From an uncultured delta proteobacterium (GTDB taxonomy: Bacteria; Desulfobacterota; Binatia; UBA9968): 64,000 nucleotides of DNA. Location: NCBI GenBank assembly GCA_963727625.1, contig CAVSHR010000002.1:736001-800000 (forward strand). The letters run 5' to 3'. The first letter of the stretch is position 1, and each line of letters starts with the position of its first letter. Below the pieces are notes generated by a model. That model worked only from the letters and a program-made list of their open reading frames with translations, made no database searches and had not been told where the DNA came from. Positions 1 to 9,952 of this stretch are shown in pieces. A program made the position numbers and the translations under genes.

Positions 1-1
1 A

Positions 2-1078
2 CTGACCGTCGAAGAAGAAGTCAAACAACGGGTCGCCTATAAATCGCCTTACGAACAATGGAAGGAGTCCGAAGGGCTGCCGACCTATCGCGGCCTGTTC
101 GTGAAAAACCTTTACGATCTCCAGCTCGCCCCATGGCGTTCCAGCGGCGACGGATCGGCTGCGTTCCTCAATCTGGACGGGACCGGCGGTTTCAATGATT
201 CCTACGTCGCCGAGATTCCTGCGGGAAAGTCGTTTAAAGCGCACAAGCATCTGTTCGAAGAGACCATGTATATTCTCAAGGGCCAGGGCGCTACTTCAAT
301 CTGGATTAATTCGGATAAGAAAGAAACCTTCGAATGGCAGCAAGGCAGCTATTTCTCGATTCCGATGAACGCCTGGCACGAGCACCACAATGCTTCGGGG
401 ATGGAGCCGGTGCGCTATATCGCCATGACCAGCGCGCCGCGGGTGATCGATACCTTCAATAATTACGAATTCGTGTTCGATAATCCGTTCGTATTTCGCG
501 ACCGCTACAACGGCGAAGAGGGTTACTTCAAGCAGCGCGCGCCGGCGCAGCAGTGGTCGACTAACTTCATCGCCGACGTGCGGGTGTGCCAGATGTTTTC
601 GAGCGGATTTGACCGCGGCGGTGGCGCCAAGAGCACAGTCTTCCGCATGGTCAACAACACGGTCAAGTCGCACGTGTCGCTCTGGGGCGTCGGTGCTTAC
701 AAAAAAGCGCACCGCCATGGTCCTGGAATTCATGTCTTGATCATCCGCGGCACTGGTTACTCGCTCATGTGGCAGGAAGGCAGAGCGATGGAGCGGATCG
801 AATGGGGACCGGGCAGCGTGTTCGTGCCGCCGGAAATGTGGTTTCACCAGCATTTTAACGGCAGCGCCGATCCGGTGTTTTTTCTCGCCATCGGTTGGGG
901 CAGCGACAAACCGAAAGCCGGCGGGAAGGCGTACATTTACAAAAGCGTCAAGGAAGGCGGCGACCAGATCGAATACGAAGATGAAGATCCGGCGATCCAC
1001 GCCGAGTTCGAAGCGGCGCTGAAGAAGGCGGGCGCCCAGTGCAAGATGGATTATCATCCATATTGCACGGCGAAGTAG
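2..1078 (+). CDS. Bicupin (two cupin domains) protein, 5' end outside the window
   Basis: Frame is open from base 2 (LTVEEEVKQRVAYKSPYEQW...). Two cupin metal motifs: AHKHLFEETMYILKGQG...WHEHHN and AHRHGPG...WFHQHFN. Confidence 0.85.
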   Translation: MTVEEEVKQRVAYKSPYEQWKESEGLPTYRGLFVKNLYDLQLAPWRSSGDGSAAFLNLDGTGGFNDSYVAEIPAGKSFKAHKHLFEETMYILKGQGATSIWINSDKKETFEWQQGSYFSIPMNAWHEHHNASGMEPVRYIAMTSAPRVIDTFNNYEFVFDNPFVFRDRYNGEEGYFKQRAPAQQWSTNFIADVRVCQMFSSGFDRGGGAKSTVFRMVNNTVKSHVSLWGVGAYKKAHRHGPGIHVLIIRGTGYSLMWQEGRAMERIEWGPGSVFVPPEMWFHQHFNGSADPVFFLAIGWGSDKPKAGGKAYIYKSVKEGGDQIEYEDEDPAIHAEFEAALKKAGAQCKMDYHPYCTAK

Positions 1079-1135
1079 CCGGGAACTTCGACTTTCTCGG
1101 GGAGGGGGATCGTCAATGATAGGTTCGCTCGGGAA

Positions 1136-1190
1136 AGATTCCTCGCTTCGTTTGGAACGACACGAGCGGGGTTTTCATCCCGAACGAGAT
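1136..1190. repeat. Degenerate REP/MITE-like palindromic element
   Basis: AGATTCCTCGCTTCGTTTGGAACGACA followed by TCATCCCGAACGAG resembles common intergenic palindromic repeats; degenerate and single-copy here. Confidence 0.3.
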
Positions 1191-1292
1191 GAAGAAGCTT
1201 GTTCGCCAGACGCGAACCTCCGTAAGTCTTGCAATTCGCCCCGGAATCATCACAGATAAGTGACCAAGCCAGATTAGAGAAAAATTGTTTCT

Positions 1293-2456
1293 ATGGCTCG
1301 CAATTATCGATATTTCTCAGCCGACGGCCACTTCGAGTCGCTGCCGGAAACCTGGACTCACCGAGTACCGGTGAAGTACCGCGACCGGGCACCGCGGCGC
1401 ATCAAGCTTGCCGATGGGCGCGACGCGATCCTCGAAGAAGGCCAGCCGCTGGAATATCGCGGCACCGCCCTGTTCGCGGGAAAATCGCCTGAGGAATTCA
1501 ACCCGGTGCGTTTGAATTTCGAAGGGTCGGTGGGCGCGGGCTCGCCCCGGCAAAGAATCAAGGAACAGGATGCCGACGGGATCGGCGGCGAGCTGTTGTT
1601 CGCTAGCGAGGCGCGCAATACGAAAATCAAAGACCGGGACGCGTTCTTGGCGATCATCCGCGCCTTCAACGATTACTTTATCGAAGAATACTGTGCGGTG
1701 GACCCCGAGCGCTTGGTTGGCGTGGCGGTCATGCCGGATATCGGCACCGAAGAAAACATCGTTGAGATGAAACGCTGCAAGAAAAAAGGCTTCAAGGCGA
1801 TCCGGCTGCACACTTTCCCGAGCGGCAAAATCACGCCAACGACGGAGGACGACAAGTTCTACGCCGCGGCGTTGGATCTCGATATGCCGATTACGATCCA
1901 TACCTCGTTTCCGCGCCGCACGGACGAGCGCGACGTCTTTCTAATGAAATATCCGAAGGATCCGCAGGGCGAGGATCGGCCCTTCGATTTTTTGCAGCGC
2001 TTCGCGCGCCAGGGCATTTATCACTGCGGCGCCGTCGAAGCGACACAGCTAATTTTTAGCGGCGTGTTCGACCGCTTTCCCAAGCTGCAGATCTTCTGGG
2101 CGGAAAACAACGTCGGTTGGATTCCATATTTCTACCAGCAGATGGATCAGACCTATAAGGTCAACTGCCACTGGGCGGAGAAGCTTTTGGGCTTGCCCAA
2201 GCTAAAGAAACTGCCGAGCGAATACCTGCGGGAACATGCCCACTGGGGTGTGTTCGCCGATCCGATCGGCATCCAACTGCGCCACCTGGTCGGTGTCGAC
2301 AAGATTATGTGGTCGACCGACTTTCTGCATATCGTCACGCGCTGGCCGAAATCCTTGGAATTGGTCGAAGAACAGTTCGCCGGGGTGTCGGAAGACGACC
2401 GGAGCAAAATGCTCGCAGGCAATGCGGTGAAGTTTTTTCACTTGGCCGCGGCCTAG
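1293..2456 (+). CDS. Amidohydrolase family protein (Amidohydro_2-like TIM barrel)
   Basis: SADGH, AFNDY, ITIH, GVFDRFPKL, AENNVGW, WSTDFLH and GNAVKFF motifs. Confidence 0.9.
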   Translation: MARNYRYFSADGHFESLPETWTHRVPVKYRDRAPRRIKLADGRDAILEEGQPLEYRGTALFAGKSPEEFNPVRLNFEGSVGAGSPRQRIKEQDADGIGGELLFASEARNTKIKDRDAFLAIIRAFNDYFIEEYCAVDPERLVGVAVMPDIGTEENIVEMKRCKKKGFKAIRLHTFPSGKITPTTEDDKFYAAALDLDMPITIHTSFPRRTDERDVFLMKYPKDPQGEDRPFDFLQRFARQGIYHCGAVEATQLIFSGVFDRFPKLQIFWAENNVGWIPYFYQQMDQTYKVNCHWAEKLLGLPKLKKLPSEYLREHAHWGVFADPIGIQLRHLVGVDKIMWSTDFLHIVTRWPKSLELVEEQFAGVSEDDRSKMLAGNAVKFFHLAAA

Positions 2457-2511
2457 AAGATTCGGATTCTTAGCCGCAAAGAAATTTGTCTGCTGTGTGA
2501 ATTTGGGTCGT

Positions 2512-3792
2512 TTAACGTAAAGTTTTGAGTTTTTCTTTCCAGTGCTCCTGCCAGTCCGCGCCGGTGGCGAGAACTTCGGACTCCACCGTGAGTTGTGGGA
2601 AGCGGTTGGAGTTCGGCTCGCGGATCACATGAGGCCCTTCGCGGCCGGCTTGGACATCGCGGATCGCCCGCAAGAGCTGGCGGCGTGCGACGATGATGGC
2701 CTTGTCGCTCGGGCCTAAGAATTCCTTGCTGCGGTCGACGATCTCGCCGCTGCCTTCGACGATGGCGACATCATGCACGTTGAAAATCCGTCCCATGCCG
2801 GAGAAGCTCCAGCTCTTCATCGCTTCGCGGTCCTGCAGGTAGCGATTGCGCTTATTGCGTTTTGGCTGGTAGCCGGGGCCGAGCTCGTCCGAGATCTCCT
2901 GATTGCGCTCGATGTCGCGCTGTTCCATGGGAGCGCTGCGGCGAAATACGAAATCGTAGCGCCAATGGTGCGTGTCGTCGATGGGGACATGCCAGTAAAG
3001 ATTGTAGCCGTCGCCGGACATTGGTCCCGGGATTGTCGCTTTGTTGGGAAAGACGTAGTTGGTCACGCGAAAAAATGTCCGGCCGTCGACATTGCGCAGG
3101 GAGAAAATGCGCACGCCATAATCGGTCTCTTCGGCGTCGATGCGCGGCGCCATGTCGGCGTCATAGAGCGCTAACGGCAGCTTGCCGTCGGTGCCGGTCA
3201 CGGTGCGTTTCAAATTATCCGGCACGTTGGCTTGGCGGTGCAGGTAGGACACATGGCTGGGATCGAGATTGCCTTCGTTGGCCTGAAAAAAATTGCACGC
3301 ATGATAAAACTTGGAGACCAGCACATGGCCGGCCGACGCAACCAGCGGTTCGTAGTTGGGCAAGAGTGGCGGCTCGCCCGGACCCATGTAGGCGAAAACA
3401 ACGCCGGCGCGCTCTTGGCAAGGGATAGGCAGGATGGTGCACTTTCTCGCAAAAGCGCCGGTCCGGCGGCTCGCAGGGCTGCTCGATGCAGCGGCCTTGG
3501 CGGTCGAACGAGCCAGCCATGGTACAGGCAGCGCAGGCCGCCGTTCTCGACCCGGCCATAGCTCAAGTCGGCGCGCCGATGCGAGCAGTGCAGGCCGAGC
3601 AGGCCCAGTTCCCCTTGGTCGTCGCGAAACAGCACGAGATCTTCGCTCATGATCCGCACGCGGCAAGGGCGCGCCGTCCGCCGGCAATTCTTCAACGAGC
3701 GCCACCGGCTGCCAATAGCGGCGCAGCAGGTCGCCACCGGGAGTTCCCGGCCCGGTGCGAGTGATCAGGTCATTTTCTTCTTGTGAAAGCAT
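2512..3792 (-). pseudogene. Rieske non-heme iron oxygenase large subunit (phthalate 4,5-dioxygenase/vanillate demethylase-like) with three +1 frameshifts; pseudogene or sequence error
   Basis: Starts MLSQEENDLITRTGPGTPGGDLLRRYWQP. The Rieske ligands CSH and CLYHGW lie in another frame. Mononuclear iron motif NLDPSHVSYLH. Extra bases near 3660, 3509 and 3420. Confidence 0.85.
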
Positions 3793-4039
3793 GAGGCACC
3801 TTAAAAAGAATTTCGGAATTTTGAATTGCCGATATTGGATTTGATTGAAGAGCCCGATCGCCAACCCAGGCAATATAGCGTTGAGGTGGAGAGGAGGTCA
3901 AACCGCTGCGAAGTTCGTGTCTGCTACGAATCCCGCCGAGCCTTCGCGTGGTTTTTCGTGAGCAGCTGGGAATTCCTTGACCCGCGGCAAGACGGTGTGA
4001 TTATCTGGCTCGAAGATGGAAAATTTGCGGGGGTAATCG

Positions 4040-4768
4040 ATGACGAGCAGCTGGCAACAGGTCAAAGTCGACGGCAACAGCATGCCGCTATACGTCAGTC
4101 TGCCGGAGAGCGGCGGACCGGTGCCGGGCATCGTGGTTGTGCATGGACAATCCGGCCTGGAGGATTTTATCAAGGACACGACGCACATGCTGGCGCTGCA
4201 AGGCTATGCCGCCGTGGCGCCCAACCTCTACCACCGCGATGGTCCCGACTGTAAAGATGAAAACCCGGTGCGCAAGGCGCGCTTGCGCGACCCTTCAATC
4301 ATCACAGACATCGAAGGCGCCATCGGTTATCTCAAGAATCACCAACGCGTCAACGCGGGCAAGCTCGGCATTACCGGCTTTTGCATGGGTGGGCGGCTGG
4401 TTTATCTCATGTCGGCGGCGAGCAAAGACTTGAAAGCGGGCGTGATGTTTTACGGCAGCGGCACCATGGTGCCGTTCGGCGAAGGACCGACGCCGTTTGA
4501 TCGCACGCGCGAGATCAGTTGCCCGATTCAAGGCCATTTCGGCGCCGAAGACCAAAATCCCTCACCGGAAGACATGCGCAAGCTCGATGCTGAGCTGACA
4601 CGCTTCAATAAGCCGCACGAATTCCACGCCTACGCCGGCGCGGCCCATGCTTTCACGAACACCGGTTCGAGGAACTACCGGCCCCATGCGGCGGCGCTGT
4701 CGTGGCCGAAGGCGATGGAGTTTTTCTCCAGGCATTTGGTCGATGGCGCTTTTGGAGGCTCGCGTTAA
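4040..4768 (+). CDS. Dienelactone hydrolase family protein
   Basis: GFCMGG nucleophile elbow, FGAED and AAHAF triad motifs. Confidence 0.92.
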   Translation: MTSSWQQVKVDGNSMPLYVSLPESGGPVPGIVVVHGQSGLEDFIKDTTHMLALQGYAAVAPNLYHRDGPDCKDENPVRKARLRDPSIITDIEGAIGYLKNHQRVNAGKLGITGFCMGGRLVYLMSAASKDLKAGVMFYGSGTMVPFGEGPTPFDRTREISCPIQGHFGAEDQNPSPEDMRKLDAELTRFNKPHEFHAYAGAAHAFTNTGSRNYRPHAAALSWPKAMEFFSRHLVDGAFGGSR

Positions 4769-4779
4769 CACGCCACGAT

Positions 4780-5838
4780 ATGCAGTTCGGAATATTCTAT
4801 CTGCCTTCATTGACTGATGGCGGCCGTGCGAACGCGGCCACTCGTTTCCACTCGATCGTCGAGCAGGCCGCTTATGCGGAGCAATTGGGCTTCGATTCGA
4901 TTTGGCTCGCTGAACATCATTTCCACTCCTTCGGCGGATTCCTTCTCAGCCCGCCGGTGATCGGCGCGGCCATCTCGCAGCGAACCTCGAAGATTCGCAT
5001 CGGCTCGGCGGTAACCCTCCTGCCGTATCACAATCCTCTGCGCATCGCCGAGGACTACGCGACGCTCGACTGCTTGAGCGACGGACGGCTCGAGTTCGGC
5101 ATCGGTCACGGCTTTATCAAATGGGAGTCGCTGACCTTCGGAATTTCGTTGGAAGAGCTGCGCGAGCGCTTCAAGGAAAACCTGGCGATAATCTTAAAAG
5201 CATGGACCGAGGCCAACTTCAGCCACAGGGGTCGGTTTTACCAGTACGATAATGTCGAGGTTTTGCCGCGTCCGGCGCAGACACCGTATCCCACTATATG
5301 GATGGGCGCGACTTCGACGGCGGAATCTTTCGAATTTGCCGGGCGTAGCGGGTTTCACTTGATGTTGATTCCGTTTTTGCACGAGATCGACGAGCTGCGC
5401 GAAATGGTCGAGCTCTATTTCAGCGCGCGCCGGAAGGCGGGGCATGATCCGAAGACGGCGCGCGTGATCGCCATGTACCACATCTACGTCGGCGAGAATG
5501 CCGCTGAAGCCTGCTCAACGGCTGAGCCGGCGCTCGCAGCTTATCACGCTGCCGCGGCGGAGGCGCGGAACTTGACTCAAGGGATTCCCGAGCCGGAATC
5601 TTATCGCACTCACGACGAGCATCGCGCCAAGATGCGCAAGCTGACGTTCAACGACTTAGTCTCGCAAAACCGCGTGCTCGTTGGCGATGCCGCCGAAGTG
5701 CGCGAAAAAGTCGCGCGCGTGCGCGAGCGCCTGCACTTAACCGATCTAGCGGGAAACTTTGCGCTGGGTAGCTTGTCCGACATGCCAACGCGCGCGACGC
5801 TGCGACGGTTTCTCGAGGATGTCGTGCCAAAAATTTAG
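4780..5838 (+). CDS. LLM-class (luciferase-like) flavin-dependent oxidoreductase
   Basis: MQFGIF, WLAEHHF, PLRIAEDYATLD, GRLEFGIG. Start placed at ATG 4780, just after the upstream stop. Confidence 0.9.
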   Translation: MQFGIFYLPSLTDGGRANAATRFHSIVEQAAYAEQLGFDSIWLAEHHFHSFGGFLLSPPVIGAAISQRTSKIRIGSAVTLLPYHNPLRIAEDYATLDCLSDGRLEFGIGHGFIKWESLTFGISLEELRERFKENLAIILKAWTEANFSHRGRFYQYDNVEVLPRPAQTPYPTIWMGATSTAESFEFAGRSGFHLMLIPFLHEIDELREMVELYFSARRKAGHDPKTARVIAMYHIYVGENAAEACSTAEPALAAYHAAAAEARNLTQGIPEPESYRTHDEHRAKMRKLTFNDLVSQNRVLVGDAAEVREKVARVRERLHLTDLAGNFALGSLSDMPTRATLRRFLEDVVPKI

Positions 5839-5958
5839 ATCAACCCGAGCGCCAATCCATCTCGTTCATTGCCAATCGACAGGCGAGGAGGAAAGCGGCT
5901 TTGAACGACTGGACTTGAGAAGCCGTCAAATCGTTCAAAGCCACTGCCAAGGTGGTTT

Positions 5959-6795
5959 TTATTTGACCGGTGGAACTCCGGCCGGCCTGGTTTTTTCGTC
6001 ATAGTATTGTTGCGAGAAATCCGGTTTCCGTCTTTCGGAAAACGCCGCCGAACCTTCGTCGTAGTCTTTGCTCTGGCGCAGGTGGGCGTAGAACTCGCGG
6101 TGGATTTCGAAGGCCTTGTCCCAGCCCTGAATCCCGTAGAGTAATTTATCTTCAATGTACTCCATCGTGTGCTGGGCGATCAGCCGGCCGTTGCGGTTGA
6201 TCGTCGTGGCGAGCTCGACGCAGTCGTCGATCAGCTTGTCGGGTTCGCAGATCTTTTGCACCAGGCCCAGGCGAAAAGCGGTGTCGGCATCGATCATCTG
6301 GCCGCTAAGCGCGAACCAGTATCCCCACCCGGTCGGGATCTGGCAGACGTAATGCGGCCAAGCGGCCATGTGCGACCAGCGCACCTCGGAACAGCCGAAC
6401 TTCGACTGCGGCACGCAATAGCGAATGTGGCATGCCAGCGACAAGCTGAAGCCGCCGCCAACGGCGTAACCGTTGATCGCGGCGATGATCGGTTTGTGCA
6501 TCTGCAAGTCGCGCAGGTTGGAATAGGGGCGCGGTCCGGACCTCGGTCCCTTCATTTCACCCTTGGCGAAGGCGAGATTTTCTTTTAAGTCGCCGCCGAC
6601 GCAAAATGCGTCCGCCGTGCCCGTCAAGATTATTGACCAGACATCGTCATCGGCCTTGGCCTTTTGCCAGCATTCATCGAGCGCCCAGTAGAGATCGCGG
6701 CTGATGGCGTTCTTTTTCTCCGGGCGGTTGAGGCGAACGATCGCGATATGCGGATCACGCTTTTCGTAGACACATAAGGGTCCTGCTTCTGCCAT
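5959..6795 (-). CDS. Enoyl-CoA hydratase/isomerase (crotonase) family protein
   Basis: LNRPEKKNA, FCVGGDL, KPIIAAINGYAVGGG and EGSAAFSERRKP. Confidence 0.9.
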   Translation of the reverse strand: MAEAGPLCVYEKRDPHIAIVRLNRPEKKNAISRDLYWALDECWQKAKADDDVWSIILTGTADAFCVGGDLKENLAFAKGEMKGPRSGPRPYSNLRDLQMHKPIIAAINGYAVGGGFSLSLACHIRYCVPQSKFGCSEVRWSHMAAWPHYVCQIPTGWGYWFALSGQMIDADTAFRLGLVQKICEPDKLIDDCVELATTINRNGRLIAQHTMEYIEDKLLYGIQGWDKAFEIHREFYAHLRQSKDYDEGSAAFSERRKPDFSQQYYDEKTRPAGVPPVK

Positions 6796-6810
6796 GGTTC
6801 CTCCTGTTAG

Positions 6811-6906
6811 AAATGGAAAATTGATAATGGAAAATTGAAAATTTTGGGGCTGAGTTTACGGCTGAGCTTCTTTAATTATCAATTGTCAATTCTCAAATTT
6901 CAATTA
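6811..6906. repeat. Intergenic hairpin built from heptamer tandem repeats
   Basis: Left arm of AATGGAA/AATTGAT/AATTGAA units; right arm of complementary TTATCAA/TTGTCAA/TTCTCAA units. Confidence 0.7.
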
Positions 6907-8115
6907 TTAGTATAGTACCTTCTCCTCGTCCAACTTCCTTATCTCGTCGTCGCTCAAGCCGAGCAAGTTTCTGGCGATCTCATGGGTGTGCTCGCCCATC
7001 AATGGAGCAAGGCCGCGCACCTTGCCCGGCGTTTCCGACATGCGCATGGGGACATTCTCGGTCACGACGTCGCCGGCTTCGGGTTCGGTCATGTTGACGA
7101 GAAAGCCGGTTGCCGCGTATTGCTTGTCGCGTTTGAACTGGTCTTCCACGTCCTGCACCACGGCGGCGCAGACGCCGATGCCTTGCAGGGTTTCCATGAC
7201 TTCGTAAGGATCGTGCTGCAGCGTCCAACTGGTCACCCACTTGTCCAAGTCTTCTTTGTGGCGCACGCGCTGCAAGTGCGTGGCGAATTTGGCATCCGCC
7301 TTTAAACCGGATTTTCCCAGAAGAGCAGCGAAGTTTTGCCATTCTTCATCATTATAAATGGCGATCACGCACCAGCGATCGTCGCCTTTGCATTGGTAGG
7401 GGCCGTAGGGCGCGGCGATCAAGCTACGGTTGCCTTCGGGCTGCGGCTCGCGGTGGTTGACGGAATAGTCCAAATATTTGGGGCCGAGCAGCGAGGCGCC
7501 GATCTCCACCTGCGCGCTGTCGATCCATTGGCCACGACCGGTTTTCTTGCGCTCGATCAGCGCCAGGACGACGCCGAAGGCGCCGGTCACGCCGCCCATG
7601 AAGTCGGGGTGTTGGGTGCGCGGCTCGGCTGTGGCCGTGGCGGCGCCGGGATAGTTCCACAGATAGGTCGTCGCCATGGTATTGCCGACGTTGGGCCCGT
7701 AGGTGAGATCGGCGGCGTGGGGTCCGGTGCAGCCCATGCCTTTCACGCGAATCAAAATAATCCGGGGATTGATCTCTTTGAGCTGCGGCCAGTCGAGTCC
7801 CCATTTCTCCAGAATTCCCAGGCCGAAATTTTCCACCAGCACATCGGACTTTTTTACCAGCTCTTTCACCAGCTCACGGCCCTTGGGCGTTTGCATATTG
7901 ACCGTGAAAGATTTCTTGCCGCGCTGGAGTTTCATGAAGTCCGGCTTCTTGTTCCACAGTTTTGGGTCCTCGCCGCGGTGGCCATCGCCGCGCAGGCGGG
8001 TTTCACAGCGAATCACTTCGGCGCCGAACTCGCAGAGCACGCGCGCGACGGTCGGACCCGCGGCGCCGGTGGTCAGCTCCACGACTCGTATTCCTTCGAG
8101 AGGCAATTTGCTCAT
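6907..8115 (-). CDS. Family III (CaiB/BaiF) CoA-transferase, catalytic-type subunit
   Basis: PLEGIRVVEL, AGP, GAEVI, RGKKS, DVLVENF; catalytic-position Asp in QHPDFMGG; APLMGEH. Confidence 0.92.
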   Translation of the reverse strand: MSKLPLEGIRVVELTTGAAGPTVARVLCEFGAEVIRCETRLRGDGHRGEDPKLWNKKPDFMKLQRGKKSFTVNMQTPKGRELVKELVKKSDVLVENFGLGILEKWGLDWPQLKEINPRIILIRVKGMGCTGPHAADLTYGPNVGNTMATTYLWNYPGAATATAEPRTQHPDFMGGVTGAFGVVLALIERKKTGRGQWIDSAQVEIGASLLGPKYLDYSVNHREPQPEGNRSLIAAPYGPYQCKGDDRWCVIAIYNDEEWQNFAALLGKSGLKADAKFATHLQRVRHKEDLDKWVTSWTLQHDPYEVMETLQGIGVCAAVVQDVEDQFKRDKQYAATGFLVNMTEPEAGDVVTENVPMRMSETPGKVRGLAPLMGEHTHEIARNLLGLSDDEIRKLDEEKVLY

Positions 8116-8140
8116 AATCAGGCTACTCTTTCTAAATTCC

Positions 8141-8205
8141 GTTGGAGTATAGGAGCTTTGGATAATCCGATACTCCAGTATTCCAACGCTCTATCACTCC
8201 ACTCT
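8141..8205. repeat. Intergenic hairpin of 8-mer repeats
   Basis: TGGAGTAT/AGGAGCTT units opposed by ATACTCCA/GTATTCCA/TCACTCCA units. Confidence 0.55.
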
Positions 8206-8207
8206 TT

Positions 8208-9422
8208 TCAAATCACTCCTTCGGCCCTGAGCGCGACAAGGTCGTCGCTGGTCATGCCGAGCTCACCGCAATAAATTTCCTTATTATGTTGGCCCAGCAG
8301 AGGAGCTGTGCGGCTTATGCCGCCGGCCGATTCGCTGAATCGCGGCACCGGACCGAAATGCGCATACTTTCCCATTACCGGGTGTTGCATGTCGACAAAG
8401 GTCTCGCGTTCTTTTGCTTGGTCGCTGTTGATGAACTCTCCCACGGTATTGATGGGCGTGACGGCAATGCGGCGCTTCTGGCCATCCTCGTAGAGTTCCT
8501 CTTTGGTGTGGCGACTGCAAAATTCCGCGATCGCGCCAACCACGATCTCTGGGTGTTGGCGCCGATAGGACATTTTTTCGAACTCCGGTCCGGAGATCGA
8601 CGCCGGCCGTCCCATCCAATCGACCAGGCGGCGCCACTGCTCGACGGGGATGATGAAAATGCGCGCGTAGCCGTTCTTGGTCTGATAGGGATCGTAGAGA
8701 TCGGTTTCTTCGCCCTTGCGTGAAGCGCGCGCCGGCTTGGCGCCGGTATAGCCGTAATTGGGAATGAAATAACCGGCAATGTGCCCGGCGCATTCATGCA
8801 TCGAGACGTCGATGTACTGGCCCTTGCCGCTTTCGAGTCGATGGTAGAGCGCGACGGCGATGCCAAATGCTCCGTACGTCGACGCCATGCCGTAGGCGAT
8901 TTCACCGGGCGGTTGCAGCGGCGGTTCGCCGGGCTCGCCGGCCAAGTAGAGCAGATTTCCGAGAGCGATGCCGGCCATGTCGTTGGCCTTGTAGTCGCGC
9001 CACGGGCCGGTCTGGCCAAACGGCGTAATCGACGCATACACGAGACCGGGATTCTGCTCGCGCAACGCCGCGTAGCCGATGCCCAACTCGTCCATTTTCC
9101 CCGGCTTGGCGGTTTCCAGCACGACATCGGCTTTGCGCGCGAGCTCGAGAAAGATGGCGCGGCCGTCGGGTTTTTCAATATCGAGAGTGATGCCGCGTTT
9201 GTTGGTATTGAAATGAAGCGAATAGATGCTTGTTTCCGGATGGGGAATGTCGTCTTTAAACGGCGGAATGCGGCGTGATTCGTCGCCGGAAGGCGGCTCG
9301 ACCTTGATCACGTCGGCGCCCATGTCGGCCAATAGTTTGGCGCAGTGCAGACCCAGCGGTCCCGCTAAGTCCAAGACGCGATAACCCGCTAGCGGCCCAT
9401 TCAAGCTCGTTTGTGTCATCAT
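8208..9422 (-). CDS. Family III CoA-transferase, probably non-catalytic subunit
   Basis: PLAGYRVLDL, LADMGADVIKVEPP, NTNKRG, APLLGQH. The catalytic-Asp position reads GEIAYGMAS. Confidence 0.9.
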   Translation of the reverse strand: MMTQTSLNGPLAGYRVLDLAGPLGLHCAKLLADMGADVIKVEPPSGDESRRIPPFKDDIPHPETSIYSLHFNTNKRGITLDIEKPDGRAIFLELARKADVVLETAKPGKMDELGIGYAALREQNPGLVYASITPFGQTGPWRDYKANDMAGIALGNLLYLAGEPGEPPLQPPGEIAYGMASTYGAFGIAVALYHRLESGKGQYIDVSMHECAGHIAGYFIPNYGYTGAKPARASRKGEETDLYDPYQTKNGYARIFIIPVEQWRRLVDWMGRPASISGPEFEKMSYRRQHPEIVVGAIAEFCSRHTKEELYEDGQKRRIAVTPINTVGEFINSDQAKERETFVDMQHPVMGKYAHFGPVPRFSESAGGISRTAPLLGQHNKEIYCGELGMTSDDLVALRAEGVI

Positions 9423-9952
9423 AAAGTCCTGTCGTCTTATGGTGTGCCGGAAAAAACAACTCGGCAAGATGTTTGATCGTCTTAGTACTAAATAAATTAC
9501 CCAAGTGTCAACCGTCGTCGCTCCCAGTATTGTCCGAATGCCCTGATGCGCGCCGAAACATTTTTATTTCCCCTCGCTAGGTTTTTTGGGTTGAATTGCT
9601 TGATAAGGAGTTTCACGCGCTGTTACTAGAAAAAGATTGGGCCGTGAATCCCTCATTTTTTTCCTGAGCGTCAGCGGGCTCTTTGTCCGGCCCAAATCCT
9701 GTGAACGCAATATCCTTCTGATCGCTTGTCGTTCATCTTCGATGCCGTAGATGTAAACTCGCCGATCGAGACTCCGGTCAAATAAAACCGACCGTTGGCG
9801 GGAGGGAGTGAATCGCGTGTTAAGAACCCGATTTATTCAGAGTCGGTGGGTGCAATCGCCGGCTGACGCGAGCTATCGAAGACAAATGACCTAGTGTAGA
9901 CGAAGCGGCCAATAGAAAATCCACGTCCAAGCGGCGTCCAACGGAGGTGTTC

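Noticed and set aside
6811-6906. Repeats considered as a CRISPR array
   Set aside because: Units are 7 nt with no spacers, and there are no cas genes.
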